This document shows positions 43,065 to 50,912 of a DNA stretch of 64,000 nt, piece after piece. A model generated the notes under the pieces. The model was not told where the DNA came from. It searched no databases and worked only from the letters and a program-made list of their open reading frames with translations. Position numbers and translations under genes: made by a program. Positions within the stretch are counted from its first letter, which is position 1; the number at the start of each line of letters is the position of its first letter. The DNA comes from a virus. Location: IMG/VR virus record IMGVR_UViG_3300008262_000008; one strand, 5' to 3'.

Positions 43065-43125
43065 TTTTGCTCCTTTCGAACTGATTTTCACCAGAACTTT
43101 TAAGGGAGGTTGCTATCTCCATCAT

Positions 43126-43132
43126 TATTTAT
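43126..43132 (-). promoter_or_regulatory. Late promoter-like ATAAATA followed by a GGAG-ATAGCAAC-CTCC hairpin (43105-43120)
   Basis: Motif lies between a terminator and the gp25/gp6/gp7 operon. Confidence 0.6.
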
Positions 43133-43148
43133 CACTGTTTTTGGCATG

Positions 43149-43174
43149 AAAAAAGGTATCTGAATTCAGATACC
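43149..43174 (-). terminator. Rho-independent terminator
   Basis: Perfect 20-bp palindrome GGTATCTGAATTCAGATACC (43155-43174) followed on the minus strand by T6. Confidence 0.8.
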
Positions 43175-43184
43175 CTTAAAAATA

Positions 43185-43331
43185 TTAATTTCCTTGCCCA
43201 CGATAACGCTTTTTGCGTCCATTGCGTGAGGTTGCTGCCAAATTTGTATTTTTACTACGTCCCTGACTAGTAATTTTTGGTTTACCAGGAACATAATTTG
43301 TCTTAACTAGACCAATTTTTGATTTTGCCAT
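43185..43331 (-). CDS. Small highly basic protein (48 aa)
   Basis: Hand-translated: MAKSKIGLVKTNYVPGKPKITSQGRSKNTNLAATSRNGRKKRYRGQGN. Below the track cutoff and followed by a terminator. Confidence 0.75.
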   Translation of the reverse strand: MAKSKIGLVKTNYVPGKPKITSQGRSKNTNLAATSRNGRKKRYRGQGN

Positions 43332-43379
43332 ATAAAAAACCTAAAGACTATAAGATTTTACCATAAATTTTTGAAAATG

Positions 43380-43952
43380 TCAATCCCCAACAAAGACATC
43401 TACGGCACCTCCACCAATTAAACTTAAACAACCAACATGCATACCATTTAAAGGATCACCAACTCGACATAATCGTTTTTTATTTACAAATACACTCTTT
43501 CCAGTTGATACTGCTTTTCTTTCATGACCAATGCCATTCTTATCTTCTACTACTAATGATACACTACAATTGCATGTGGTAGGTGGTGTTGTGGGGGGAT
43601 TACCTGGACAAGTAGTAATCACAGTATTCATTGTTGGCGATATATGATATGTCAATAAGTCTTGATCCAGAATAGGTACAATTTTATTAATTAATACTAC
43701 TCCTTGTAAAGCAGATCCTACAACTGCTGGAGGCATAGGCACAAGTGGAGTTGGCGGCCAATAGCATTGAGCATTTTTTTGCACTAATGGAAGCTTAATT
43801 GCTGGATCCCCACAAGCGGCTGTGAGGCATAATGAACTCTGAGTAGGATGTTGTGCTAAAGGACCGCCAGCAGCAGCGCCTATTCCATGCCCAGTACAAG
43901 ATCCTCTATAAATTCCTGCAGGTTTTTTTAAACTACATGCTTCTGCTGCCAT
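43380..43952 (-). CDS. PAAR-like baseplate spike tip protein (gp5.4-like)
   Basis: 190 aa. G.CTGHG near the N-terminus and HER.....S.SVFVN...L.RVGDPL...C.S.I..GA.DVFVG at the C-terminus, with many Cys/His. Confidence 0.8.
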   Translation of the reverse strand: MAAEACSLKKPAGIYRGSCTGHGIGAAAGGPLAQHPTQSSLCLTAACGDPAIKLPLVQKNAQCYWPPTPLVPMPPAVVGSALQGVVLINKIVPILDQDLLTYHISPTMNTVITTCPGNPPTTPPTTCNCSVSLVVEDKNGIGHERKAVSTGKSVFVNKKRLCRVGDPLNGMHVGCLSLIGGGAVDVFVGD

Positions 43953-43964
43953 ATTTTACTCCTA

Positions 43965-46115
43965 TTAATTGCAGATTGCTGGAAATGGATTGCCATATGC
44001 ATTAACTGTTTGACCCCATAATACTGCTTCATTTGAAAAATTATGATGAATACCAATTGTGCCACTAATTGTATAGTCTACGCATCCTGTGCCACTATAA
44101 GATGTAGTTACAGTTGAATATGTTGCTCCACCTGTATATGGTGTTGTTCCAACCCCTGTGACCGTTCCAGCGCAAGCTGGTGACGTTCCCGTAAAGGTAC
44201 TAAAAATATTTATAGGTCCATTAGCAGAAACAGTTAATGTACTTCCACTTACACTCAATACAGTAGCTATAGTTCCATTATTGAATGTTAGAGTTTGATT
44301 TATTGCATTACTACCAGAAGTTAATGATACTGTAATTGATGTAGATACTGCTCCAATACAAGTTGAACAGTTATCGTTAGTAACGTCTACTACCATAGTG
44401 ACATTTATACTGGCAGTCTCTCTAGAATCTGGAGAATAATCAATCATATTATATTTTGTATCACTTGTAGCACAAGGAAGATCAAACCAAGATCCAACAG
44501 TACTATAAACTTTTCTAGCTCTTACTGATACAGTTTTACTTTCATCATCACTAATTGCTTGATAATAACTATCATTAGCAGAATTTGAACCAGGAACAAC
44601 TTGATCAGTATAGATTTTACCTAACTTTGGTACTGTATCTGTTAATGTTTTAGATACACTTGGATCAATATACTGAGGTTTTATTTTTTCAGCAAGATCT
44701 TTTCTCAATCCTGTTCTGCCAACTCTTCTAGTTTTTATTTCAATTGGATCTTCTTCAACAGTGAATGGTGGAATACCATATTCAACCTTAATCTCACTAT
44801 ATCCAGGTTCAAGCCTTTCTAAGAATTCTTCTTTAGAATAACCATAATAGTTTCTTGCATTAGGAGTTGCATCATAAGCATTTAAAAATTCTTTATGGAT
44901 TTCTTTTGCATCTCTTTTTTCTGATGCGATATCTATCCTTGTTTGATTTGTTGATGAAACAAAAGCAGCTGGTGGTGATGCATCAAGATATCCAGATCCA
45001 GGATATACGACTTTAACAGATAATAGACTACCACCTACCCATTGCCCTTCCAATTTTGCAAAATCCCCACCAGTATTGGGTGGATCAATACCAATTGGAG
45101 GACGATTATTTAATTTATCAAATCCAGATCCACCAGTGATTACTGTTACTCCAGTTACATATCCATTTACTACTGATACTGATAATTCAGGTTCAATAAC
45201 TTCACCCCAAGGATATCCATTTTCAACAGTTGCTTTCGTATACCAAATAGTTTTATTTCTAAATTCATATAATCCAACAAGTACACATTTATCTGTAATT
45301 CCTTTTCCTGCTTTGACTGTTGCTGTAGCTGTAGCAGATGAAATTGATTGATTATATGTAAAATTAGATCCAGATCCACTCAAGTAAAGTACATGCATAT
45401 TGATGGATGTATCAGTTGTAAAGACCTGTGATATTGTCCATCCATTGATTACTTGACCGACTTGAAAACGAGTTGCAGCGGTGCCACCATAACCATTCGA
45501 ATAAGTAATAGCAACTCTTAGATCATTTGTACCTACAGTTCTAATTAATGGAAATGGATCTTTTTCTCCTGCATCAGTTAATTTGCCATCTGTAGTAGTA
45601 TAAGTTAATCCTACACTTATGGGAGGACATAAAACACCAGTTCCAGGAGTTGTAATCTTTGTTGCTCCATTACAACCATAGTAACCTTTAGTAAGTGTGG
45701 TAGCAGTCGTTCCCCCTGTAGGAGGAGCTCCCCCAACACCAGGAGTTGCACCAGTTGTAGTACTGCTAGTAGTAGTTTGCAAACATGGCCATCCACCTAC
45801 ATGAGATGATAAGTCCCACAGATAATACCACCATTGTGAAGATTCGATTGGAGTAAAACTCAATGCTGAAGGTGCTGCATCAAACACTCTTGAACGAATA
45901 GTTCCAGTTCCACCAGAATAGGTATCATCAACATATGGATAAACGACACAATCCGTTTCATGTCCTGGATATGGATCATACCCATAACGAGTGTACAAAC
46001 TCTCTGGAGACATTACTTTAGTGATTGCAATACCACTTGAATAAGCTACACCAGTATAGGTAAATCCATTACTTGTGAATGTTCCGTTACTAGGTACAAC
46101 GCATGTCGCAACCAT
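43965..46115 (-). CDS. Virion structural protein (716 aa)
   Basis: T/G/S-rich, contains GxVTGVTV..GGSGF and GxL.SV.V..PGSGY repeats like the other structural genes, and lies directly upstream of PAAR. Confidence 0.7.
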   Translation of the reverse strand: MVATCVVPSNGTFTSNGFTYTGVAYSSGIAITKVMSPESLYTRYGYDPYPGHETDCVVYPYVDDTYSGGTGTIRSRVFDAAPSALSFTPIESSQWWYYLWDLSSHVGGWPCLQTTTSSTTTGATPGVGGAPPTGGTTATTLTKGYYGCNGATKITTPGTGVLCPPISVGLTYTTTDGKLTDAGEKDPFPLIRTVGTNDLRVAITYSNGYGGTAATRFQVGQVINGWTISQVFTTDTSINMHVLYLSGSGSNFTYNQSISSATATATVKAGKGITDKCVLVGLYEFRNKTIWYTKATVENGYPWGEVIEPELSVSVVNGYVTGVTVITGGSGFDKLNNRPPIGIDPPNTGGDFAKLEGQWVGGSLLSVKVVYPGSGYLDASPPAAFVSSTNQTRIDIASEKRDAKEIHKEFLNAYDATPNARNYYGYSKEEFLERLEPGYSEIKVEYGIPPFTVEEDPIEIKTRRVGRTGLRKDLAEKIKPQYIDPSVSKTLTDTVPKLGKIYTDQVVPGSNSANDSYYQAISDDESKTVSVRARKVYSTVGSWFDLPCATSDTKYNMIDYSPDSRETASINVTMVVDVTNDNCSTCIGAVSTSITVSLTSGSNAINQTLTFNNGTIATVLSVSGSTLTVSANGPINIFSTFTGTSPACAGTVTGVGTTPYTGGATYSTVTTSYSGTGCVDYTISGTIGIHHNFSNEAVLWGQTVNAYGNPFPAICN

Positions 46116-46117
46116 TA

Positions 46118-46318
46118 CTACTTGCCGCTATCAAATATAATTTCTTCAATCCTATTTAGTCTGGCATAGATGGCATCTAGTGCTTCAGCAAGATAGATAT
46201 GTTTACTACTACCAGGAGGTCGATACTGCAAACTCTCCTTGGTAATGACTGGAATATTCCCTACAACAACTCGTAGATCTTCCAATCCCTTTTTAATCTC
46301 TGCTACTTGTTCTTCCAT
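46118..46318 (-). CDS. Conserved hypothetical protein (66 aa)
   Basis: Likely start MEEQVAEIKK at 46318 (TGATG coupling to the upstream gene). Contains LQYRPPG...H..L.E.LD.IY.RL. Confidence 0.7.
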   Translation of the reverse strand: MEEQVAEIKKGLEDLRVVVGNIPVITKESLQYRPPGSSKHIYLAEALDAIYARLNRIEEIIFDSGK

Positions 46319-46992
46319 CAGTTTTTTACTCCAATTAAAGAATAACGTGGTTCGTTCACATACCAATCTCTCTCAAGAAACGCGGAATGAAACAGATTTC
46401 CATCGTAGATAACGAGACGATTATACTTCATTTCCGAAAGATAATACATACACCACTTATCATCCTCAACAATAGTCTCCCATTCCGTTTCTTTATCAGA
46501 ACTATTCTTAACTGCACTCTCAATTTCTGCCTGAATCGCGGCGGGGGTCCTTTTCCAGTTAGTATATAACTTCTTATACGCATAAAATCCCGTGCCACCT
46601 TGACAATCCTGATTTAACCAAAGATTTGCTACGGTATCAGTATAGTCTACATGCGGGAGATTATTCCTAAATCGCGCAGGCATACTGCCAGAATAGATGT
46701 TAGTTGCCCAGGTAAAGAAGGTTTCTTCTCTAAAGAAATCATTCAGAAAGTTGTTGATATTATACAACCAACCTCTCGTAATATGTTGACGACTACCTGG
46801 TGATAAATCAAAGTTAAACTCTGAGTTAATAAACGCAGGGAAATACTCAAGGAACTCCCTACAATCTTCAGGGTGGGAGAGGAAGTCATCAAAATAATAC
46901 CAGTCAGCACCTAACACACTCTCTTTGTAGAAAGTATGTTTGGGATTAATCTGAGTGGCATGATCAACAAATGCTTTTGATAAAAAATTCAT
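46318..46992 (-). CDS. DUF6445-like / 2OG-Fe(II) oxygenase-fold protein
   Basis: 224 aa. LPHVD (HxD), LWLN...GGTGFY and MKYNRLVIYDGNLFHSA (distal His), a double-stranded beta-helix oxygenase pattern common in cyanophages. Confidence 0.7.
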   Translation of the reverse strand: MNFLSKAFVDHATQINPKHTFYKESVLGADWYYFDDFLSHPEDCREFLEYFPAFINSEFNFDLSPGSRQHITRGWLYNINNFLNDFFREETFFTWATNIYSGSMPARFRNNLPHVDYTDTVANLWLNQDCQGGTGFYAYKKLYTNWKRTPAAIQAEIESAVKNSSDKETEWETIVEDDKWCMYYLSEMKYNRLVIYDGNLFHSAFLERDWYVNEPRYSLIGVKN

Positions 46993-47150
46993 TCTTCAAC
47001 TTTTGTTAAAATAATAGTGTCTTCATCAAGTGAATATGAGATAACATCGCCTTCTAACCATCCCAATTCTTCAATGAGATCATCTGGTAATTTTACAAAT
47101 AAATCTCCACTATCGTCTTCTTCTAAATTAAGTGTATATTTTTTTGACAT
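46989..47150 (-). CDS. AbrB/MazE/SpoVT-like small DNA-binding protein (53 aa)
   Basis: Hand-translated: MSKKYTLNLEEDDSGDLFVKLPDDLIEELGWLEGDVISYSLDEDTIILTKVEE. The G...V.LP..L.E.LG...GD.I pattern matches the swapped-hairpin family. ATGA overlap with the next gene. Confidence 0.7.
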   Translation of the reverse strand: MSKKYTLNLEEDDSGDLFVKLPDDLIEELGWLEGDVISYSLDEDTIILTKVEE

Positions 47151-47158
47151 AAGATCTC

Positions 47159-47392
47159 CTAAAAATCGTCGATTTTTAAAGTGACGGTCTTACAATCATA
47201 ATCTATCATGAATAAGATTTCCTTATTGTCTAACCATTCTAGTTTTTCTAGAATGTCTTTTGGTATCATGGTTAATAACTCATCATCCTCAGTATAACAA
47301 TATGCAATCTTATCTGTTAGATTATTTAATTCTTCCTCTGTTACACTAGTATCTTTTACTTCTACTGAACTAATATCAATTGTTTCATCCAT
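47159..47392 (-). CDS. Hypothetical protein with AbrB-like C-terminal half
   Basis: 77 aa. LLTMIPKDILEKLEWLDNKEILFMID...VTLK aligns by eye with the adjacent AbrB-like ORF. Confidence 0.5.
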   Translation of the reverse strand: MDETIDISSVEVKDTSVTEEELNNLTDKIAYCYTEDDELLTMIPKDILEKLEWLDNKEILFMIDYDCKTVTLKIDDF

Positions 47393-47393
47393 A

Positions 47394-47561
47394 TCAAATA
47401 CTCCATACTGTCTGTAGTTTTAATTCTACTAAAAGTTCACCTGCCTGTCCAGAGACATCAGGATCTACATGAGTATTCTCTGTTTGTTCTAGAAGAGAAA
47501 ACAGATAATCTAATTCTTTCTGAGATAACGTAATGTTATGAAGTTTAATTTTCTTTGTCAT
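47394..47561 (-). CDS. Hypothetical protein (55 aa)
   Basis: Hand-translated MTKKIKLHNITLSQKELDYLFSLLEQ...TVWSI. Fills the gap between neighbours exactly. Confidence 0.6.
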   Translation of the reverse strand: MTKKIKLHNITLSQKELDYLFSLLEQTENTHVDPDVSGQAGELLVELKLQTVWSI

Positions 47562-47563
47562 GA

Positions 47564-47971
47564 TTAGTTACAAACTGAAGATCCAAGTGCAAAACCAAGA
47601 GGTAATGACCATCGAAGCGCCTCGTTTTTACTCAACGCCCCAGCAATTGCAGCACCATATGCCCCACTAGTGAGACTATTGCACTTTCGTTGCTGTTGTA
47701 TATATGGAGGATTTTGTGGAATTTGTTGAGGATAATAACCCTGAGATCTACAGGGAACTCTCTCTACTCCATACGATACACGCCCTGGCACCCAGTTGCC
47801 ATATGGATCGTAGAACCCAGGAGAATACCTCTCAGTAGGGATCTCGACCATGCATCCAGTGTGATAGTACCCCCCAGTGTTATAGTTCCTCATTTGTGCA
47901 TTTGCAGGGGTCATCAACCCTACAGACCCAAAAATTACCGCGAAAAAAATTTTGAAATCCTTGATTGCCAT
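47564..47971 (-). CDS. Secreted/membrane protein with glycine-zipper-like C-terminus
   Basis: Track ORF 47564..48025, likely start MAIKDFKIFF at 47971. Signal peptide (...TPANA), Cys pair, and GAYGAAIAGALS...WSLPLGFALG. Confidence 0.65.
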   Translation of the reverse strand: MAIKDFKIFFAVIFGSVGLMTPANAQMRNYNTGGYYHTGCMVEIPTERYSPGFYDPYGNWVPGRVSYGVERVPCRSQGYYPQQIPQNPPYIQQQRKCNSLTSGAYGAAIAGALSKNEALRWSLPLGFALGSSVCN

Positions 47972-48100
47972 TTGTGTTTTTCCCCTGAGAGTATAATTGA
48001 AAGACATTCTTGTAGACACATCCAAATATAACTGATCTCTTCTATGAATGTCGTCTTTGTAGACATCTGTTACCTACGAAAAAATTTTTGATTATCGATA

Positions 48101-48107
48101 TATTTAG
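48101..48107 (-). promoter_or_regulatory. Late promoter-like CTAAATA
   Basis: TAAATA core in the non-coding gap at the early/late boundary, upstream of the 47.9-43 kb genes. Confidence 0.45.
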
Positions 48108-48218
48108 AGGGTGCTTTAGGGACCGTTATAGATTACATAGGACCCGAAAGATTATATAAAGGGGGGGTATATACTGCCTCTAAGTATAACTAACTCCTCT
48201 GCCTCTGTGTATAACTCA

Positions 48219-48238
48219 GAGGGGCACAGATGCCCCTC
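48219..48238. other. GC-rich stem-loop GAGGGGCA-caga-TGCCCCTC
   Basis: Perfect 8-bp inverted repeat 20 bp after the stop of 48258..48410. There is no clear U-tract, so a terminator or RNA-stabilising role is uncertain. Confidence 0.6.
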
Positions 48239-48257
48239 CAAGATCACTCTAACTCAT

Positions 48258-48410
48258 TCAGAAGTCGATATATTCCAGAGTGGGAACATTGCCCTCAGAG
48301 GTATTCTCAGAGGTGCTCACACTGTCAGAGGTGAGGGAATCGAGAATAGAGAGAATTTCCTCCCCGTTGTTACCTTGGCGCAGCATCGAGATCATCACTT
48401 GCTTAGACAT
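48258..48410 (-). CDS. Small hypothetical protein (50 aa)
   Basis: Hand-translated MSKQVMISMLRQGNNGEEILSILDSLTSDSVSTSENTSEGNVPTLEYIDF. Confidence 0.65.
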   Translation of the reverse strand: MSKQVMISMLRQGNNGEEILSILDSLTSDSVSTSENTSEGNVPTLEYIDF

Positions 48411-48489
48411 AATGTGTTCGGTTCGTTGTTAGTTAGTGTGTGTTTGAAGAGGTATATTTAGTGACCCCATCTCTCCAGGGTCAGATATA

Positions 48490-48768
48490 TCAGAGATCTT
48501 GCATCATTTCATTCATTTCGTCGGCATTGATCTTAGGATCGTTCCACTTAACGCCGTCCTTTGTTTTAACAAGATGGCGACCAATTTGCCCATCAATCAT
48601 ACAACGAACAAACTTATCCCAAGGCGTTTCGTTATCACCACAGAACTCAACACATGCTTTGGCAGTGTTATAGAGAAACTCATCATTGCCAATCCACAGT
48701 GCTACATTCCAGGTCTCATAATTTGCCCAACCGTTGTAACCTTTGTCGATGGTGTTGGTGATAGTCAT
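48490..48768 (-). CDS. Conserved phage early protein (YNGWANYETWNVALW family)
   Basis: 92 aa. The motif is common in cyanophage early regions and the gene has its own sigma70 promoter. Confidence 0.8.
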   Translation of the reverse strand: MTITNTIDKGYNGWANYETWNVALWIGNDEFLYNTAKACVEFCGDNETPWDKFVRCMIDGQIGRHLVKTKDGVKWNDPKINADEMNEMMQDL

Positions 48769-48813
48769 TTGAGGTGATTTGTGTGTGGGGTCTCTCTCAA
48801 CCCCTGTGATAGT

Positions 48814-48867
48814 AGTATGGCAGCAAATGGGGGGAAAGTCAAGGGGTTATCTATCAGTGCTGCTTAT
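48814..48867 (-). promoter_or_regulatory. Early promoter + upstream palindrome, copy 1
   Basis: ATAAGCAGCACTGAT-10bp-TTGACT-17bp-CATACT. The leader has a GGGGT/ACCCC stem-loop. Confidence 0.85.
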
Positions 48868-49025
48868 GGGTCAAATAAGAGGGTCTGATAGGTATATTTT
48901 GTGTGGGTCTGGGTAAAATCACTTGACAAGTCGATAAATAACTGCTAAGGTCTACATCAACTCCGCCTATTTTCTGATCATTCTCTCTATACACATCACG
49001 AACATATATTTTTTTAGGTATTTCT

Positions 49026-49105
49026 TTTTCCACAACTTTTTCCACAGAAATTAACACAAATTGTGGAAAACTTCCGCAACTAACATAGAAACATAGTTTT
49101 CCACA
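49026..49105. promoter_or_regulatory. Cluster of four perfect cyanobacterial-type DnaA boxes
   Basis: TTTTCCACA at 49026-34, 49038-46 and 49097-105, TGTGGAAAA at 49062-70, in an intergenic gap next to an A/T-rich run. Confidence 0.75.
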
Positions 49106-49162
49106 TCCGCATCATCTAGAAACAAAAGTTCTTCTAACACGATTTCATCTAGTGGGAGATCT

Positions 49163-49441
49163 TCAGAGAATGACATCAGGATCAGCACCAACAGATTTAA
49201 TCATTTCAGAGACATCTTCATCATCATAGTATAAACGAAGTTCTGCAATCAGTTCATCTTGTTCTAGTCCTGAGACATTATTTACAATCGTATCGAATAC
49301 AAATTGTTCCATCGTTTTCATGTCCATGCTATCAACCAACTGAGTTGCATAGTTATCAACGAGGTCAGAGAGTTGTGCTTCGGTCAGCATAGTTTTAGAG
49401 GGTTCAGATTTAAGGACTTCAATGTAAAGATCTTCAGTCAT
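49163..49441 (-). CDS. Hypothetical protein (92 aa, acidic helical)
   Basis: L...Y...+VD.MD.KT+EQFV.D pattern seen in cyanophage early ORFs. Confidence 0.7.
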   Translation of the reverse strand: MTEDLYIEVLKSEPSKTMLTEAQLSDLVDNYATQLVDSMDMKTMEQFVFDTIVNNVSGLEQDELIAELRLYYDDEDVSEMIKSVGADPDVIL

Positions 49442-49540
49442 CTTTCTTCTTAGTTGTTGAATTGTGAGAAAAAAGTATAGGACGAATCTGTTTAGTATTG
49501 GTGCGAATTGCGTTTGTTTGACGTTGTTGACGGGACATGA

Positions 49541-49690
49541 TTAGTTGCCTTGAATGATGTCAGCAGCAGTGTGAAGTACCTCTCCTGTTGTATATCGTAC
49601 CGAGGGATTGAAGATAAACAACAGGAGGAAGATTAGACCTAGAACTTTCATCTTATCAGGTGACTTGAAAGTGAGAGTTTTAGAGGACAT
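49541..49690 (-). CDS. Small membrane protein (49 aa)
   Basis: Track ORF 49541..49753, likely start MSSKTLTFKSP at 49690. Hydrophobic VLGLIFLLLFIF. Confidence 0.6.
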   Translation of the reverse strand: MSSKTLTFKSPDKMKVLGLIFLLLFIFNPSVRYTTGEVLHTAADIIQGN

Positions 49691-49692
49691 CT

Positions 49693-50007
49693 TCAGTTCA
49701 GACGCATACCAGAGAAGAAAGGAATCGTCATGCCATTGTAACGAATGAACCACTTAAAGTCTTTCTGAAAGACATACTCACCAGGGCAACCATGCTCGGC
49801 AAGAATAGCATTGAGGCGGGACTTTGTGGTAACAGTTTGCCAACCACCATCGAAAAGTTCAATCCAAGTTTCACCAATGCGAGCGATCAGATTACCATGC
49901 AGGTACACATCGCTGGAGTTAGTATAAGAAATGACTTCGGTATTCTTACACTTCCAATCTTTGCCGTTGGTGATAGCAGTGTTCATTTGGCGTTCGATTT
50001 GGCGCAT
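49693..50007 (-). CDS. Conserved phage early protein (104 aa)
   Basis: MRQIERQM..AI....W...NTEV...VYLHGN.IA...DGGWQT.TTKSRLNA. First gene after promoter copy 2. Confidence 0.8.
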   Translation of the reverse strand: MRQIERQMNTAITNGKDWKCKNTEVISYTNSSDVYLHGNLIARIGETWIELFDGGWQTVTTKSRLNAILAEHGCPGEYVFQKDFKWFIRYNGMTIPFFSGMRLN

Positions 50008-50033
50008 TTGAGGCGTTTCCTGATTACCTTGTA

Positions 50034-50087
50034 AGGATAGAACGGATCGGGCAGAAAGTCAAGCGTTTTGAGATTAGTGTTGCTTAT
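50034..50087 (-). promoter_or_regulatory. Early promoter + upstream palindrome, copy 2
   Basis: ATAAGCAACACTAAT-10bp-TTGACT-17bp-TATCCT, leader TACAAGGTAATCAGGAAACG. Confidence 0.85.
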
Positions 50088-50105
50088 CAGACTGATTAGC
50101 AACGA

Positions 50106-50273
50106 TTATCGATTCTTATATTGACAATCAGGGGAAAACTCTTTAATCTGTTCGCAGATTTGTGCCTGACGTTGTTTGTATGCATCAAACATTTTGTTAT
50201 CACGTTGGATCAGAAATACGTTCCAACCGAGAATAGCAGCAAATGCAAGTGTGGCGTAAAGATAGAGTTTCAT
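50106..50273 (-). CDS. Small N-terminally anchored protein (55 aa)
   Basis: Hand-translated MKLYLYATLAFAAILGWNVFLIQRDNKMFDAYKQRQAQICEQIKEFSPDCQYKNR. Confidence 0.65.
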   Translation of the reverse strand: MKLYLYATLAFAAILGWNVFLIQRDNKMFDAYKQRQAQICEQIKEFSPDCQYKNR

Positions 50274-50292
50274 GATTCAATTTAGAATTAAA

Positions 50293-50565
50293 TTAAACGA
50301 GGCAAAGTGCAGGAGCAGGTTGAACCAAATAGGAGAAACGTGTTGCCGTTACAGATGCACCAGCAAGACCAATCTCATCTACAATCTCCCACTCATCTTC
50401 CATCTCACGAATTACAACATAACCGAAAGTTCCTGCGATTGGCATTTGCTCAAGACCACAACGTTCTGCCTGTCGTTGAGTGCTAAAACGCTCTTTACGA
50501 TTCCACCAACCGAGACGATTTACGTCTTCAGAAGGTCCGAAACTGATGCAAATGTATTCAGGCAT
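50293..50565 (-). CDS. Hypothetical protein (90 aa)
   Basis: Track ORF, co-oriented and tightly packed. Confidence 0.6.
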   Translation of the reverse strand: MPEYICISFGPSEDVNRLGWWNRKERFSTQRQAERCGLEQMPIAGTFGYVVIREMEDEWEIVDEIGLAGASVTATRFSYLVQPAPALCLV

Positions 50566-50568
50566 GAT

Positions 50569-50730
50569 TTACACAGAAGGAGTAACGTTGATCTCTTTAA
50601 TGTTCAACCCACAGAGTTGATTGTAGACCCGATTGAGAATAAGTTTGTCGGCGGTCTTTGCCTTTGATTTCTCATACCAAATGGTCACACATCCATCGTA
50701 GGTCTCAACACGAACACGATAGTTTTTCAT
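50569..50730 (-). CDS. Small hypothetical protein (53 aa)
   Basis: Hand-translated MKNYRVRVETYDGCVTIWYEKSKAKTADKLILNRVYNQLCGLNIKEINVTPSV. ATGA-coupled to the upstream ORF. Confidence 0.7.
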   Translation of the reverse strand: MKNYRVRVETYDGCVTIWYEKSKAKTADKLILNRVYNQLCGLNIKEINVTPSV

Positions 50731-50909
50731 GCGTTGTCGATTAGATCTTGTTCAATCTGGTGAAGTGTACTTACTGTCCAGTTCTCAGGATTACCATGAG
50801 GAGCATACAGTTGACTATAGCGAAGACCATAAAGATCAGGATTTAGATGTTGCAACTGTTCAAGAGTTTCAGCGATCTTAACGCTGATTTGGTGTTGATA
50901 ATCACTCAT
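50727..50909 (-). CDS. Hypothetical protein (60 aa)
   Basis: Track ORF, tightly packed. Confidence 0.6.
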   Translation of the reverse strand: MSDYQHQISVKIAETLEQLQHLNPDLYGLRYSQLYAPHGNPENWTVSTLHQIEQDLIDNA

Positions 50910-50912
50910 GAT

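Noticed and set aside
139-46569. Numerous short plus-strand and alternate-frame ORFs in the structural region
   Set aside because: All are nested antisense or out of frame within long, well-supported minus-strand genes and reflect codon bias of T/G/S/V-rich repeats.
48854-49057. 67-aa minus-strand ORF MLISVEKVVEK...
   Set aside because: Non-ATG start, the VEK repeats are simply translated DnaA boxes, and it overlaps a promoter palindrome. Probably non-coding.
50094-50109. Possible second degenerate palindrome ~22 bp upstream of copies 2 and 6 (also 53784-53798)
   Set aside because: Only one arm matches and it is not seen at the other copies. Too weak without statistics.
50121-50149. Plus-strand TTGACA-17-TAATCT promoter-like match
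   Set aside because: Lies inside the coding sequence of the 55-aa ORF 50106..50273, so it may be chance. No independent support.
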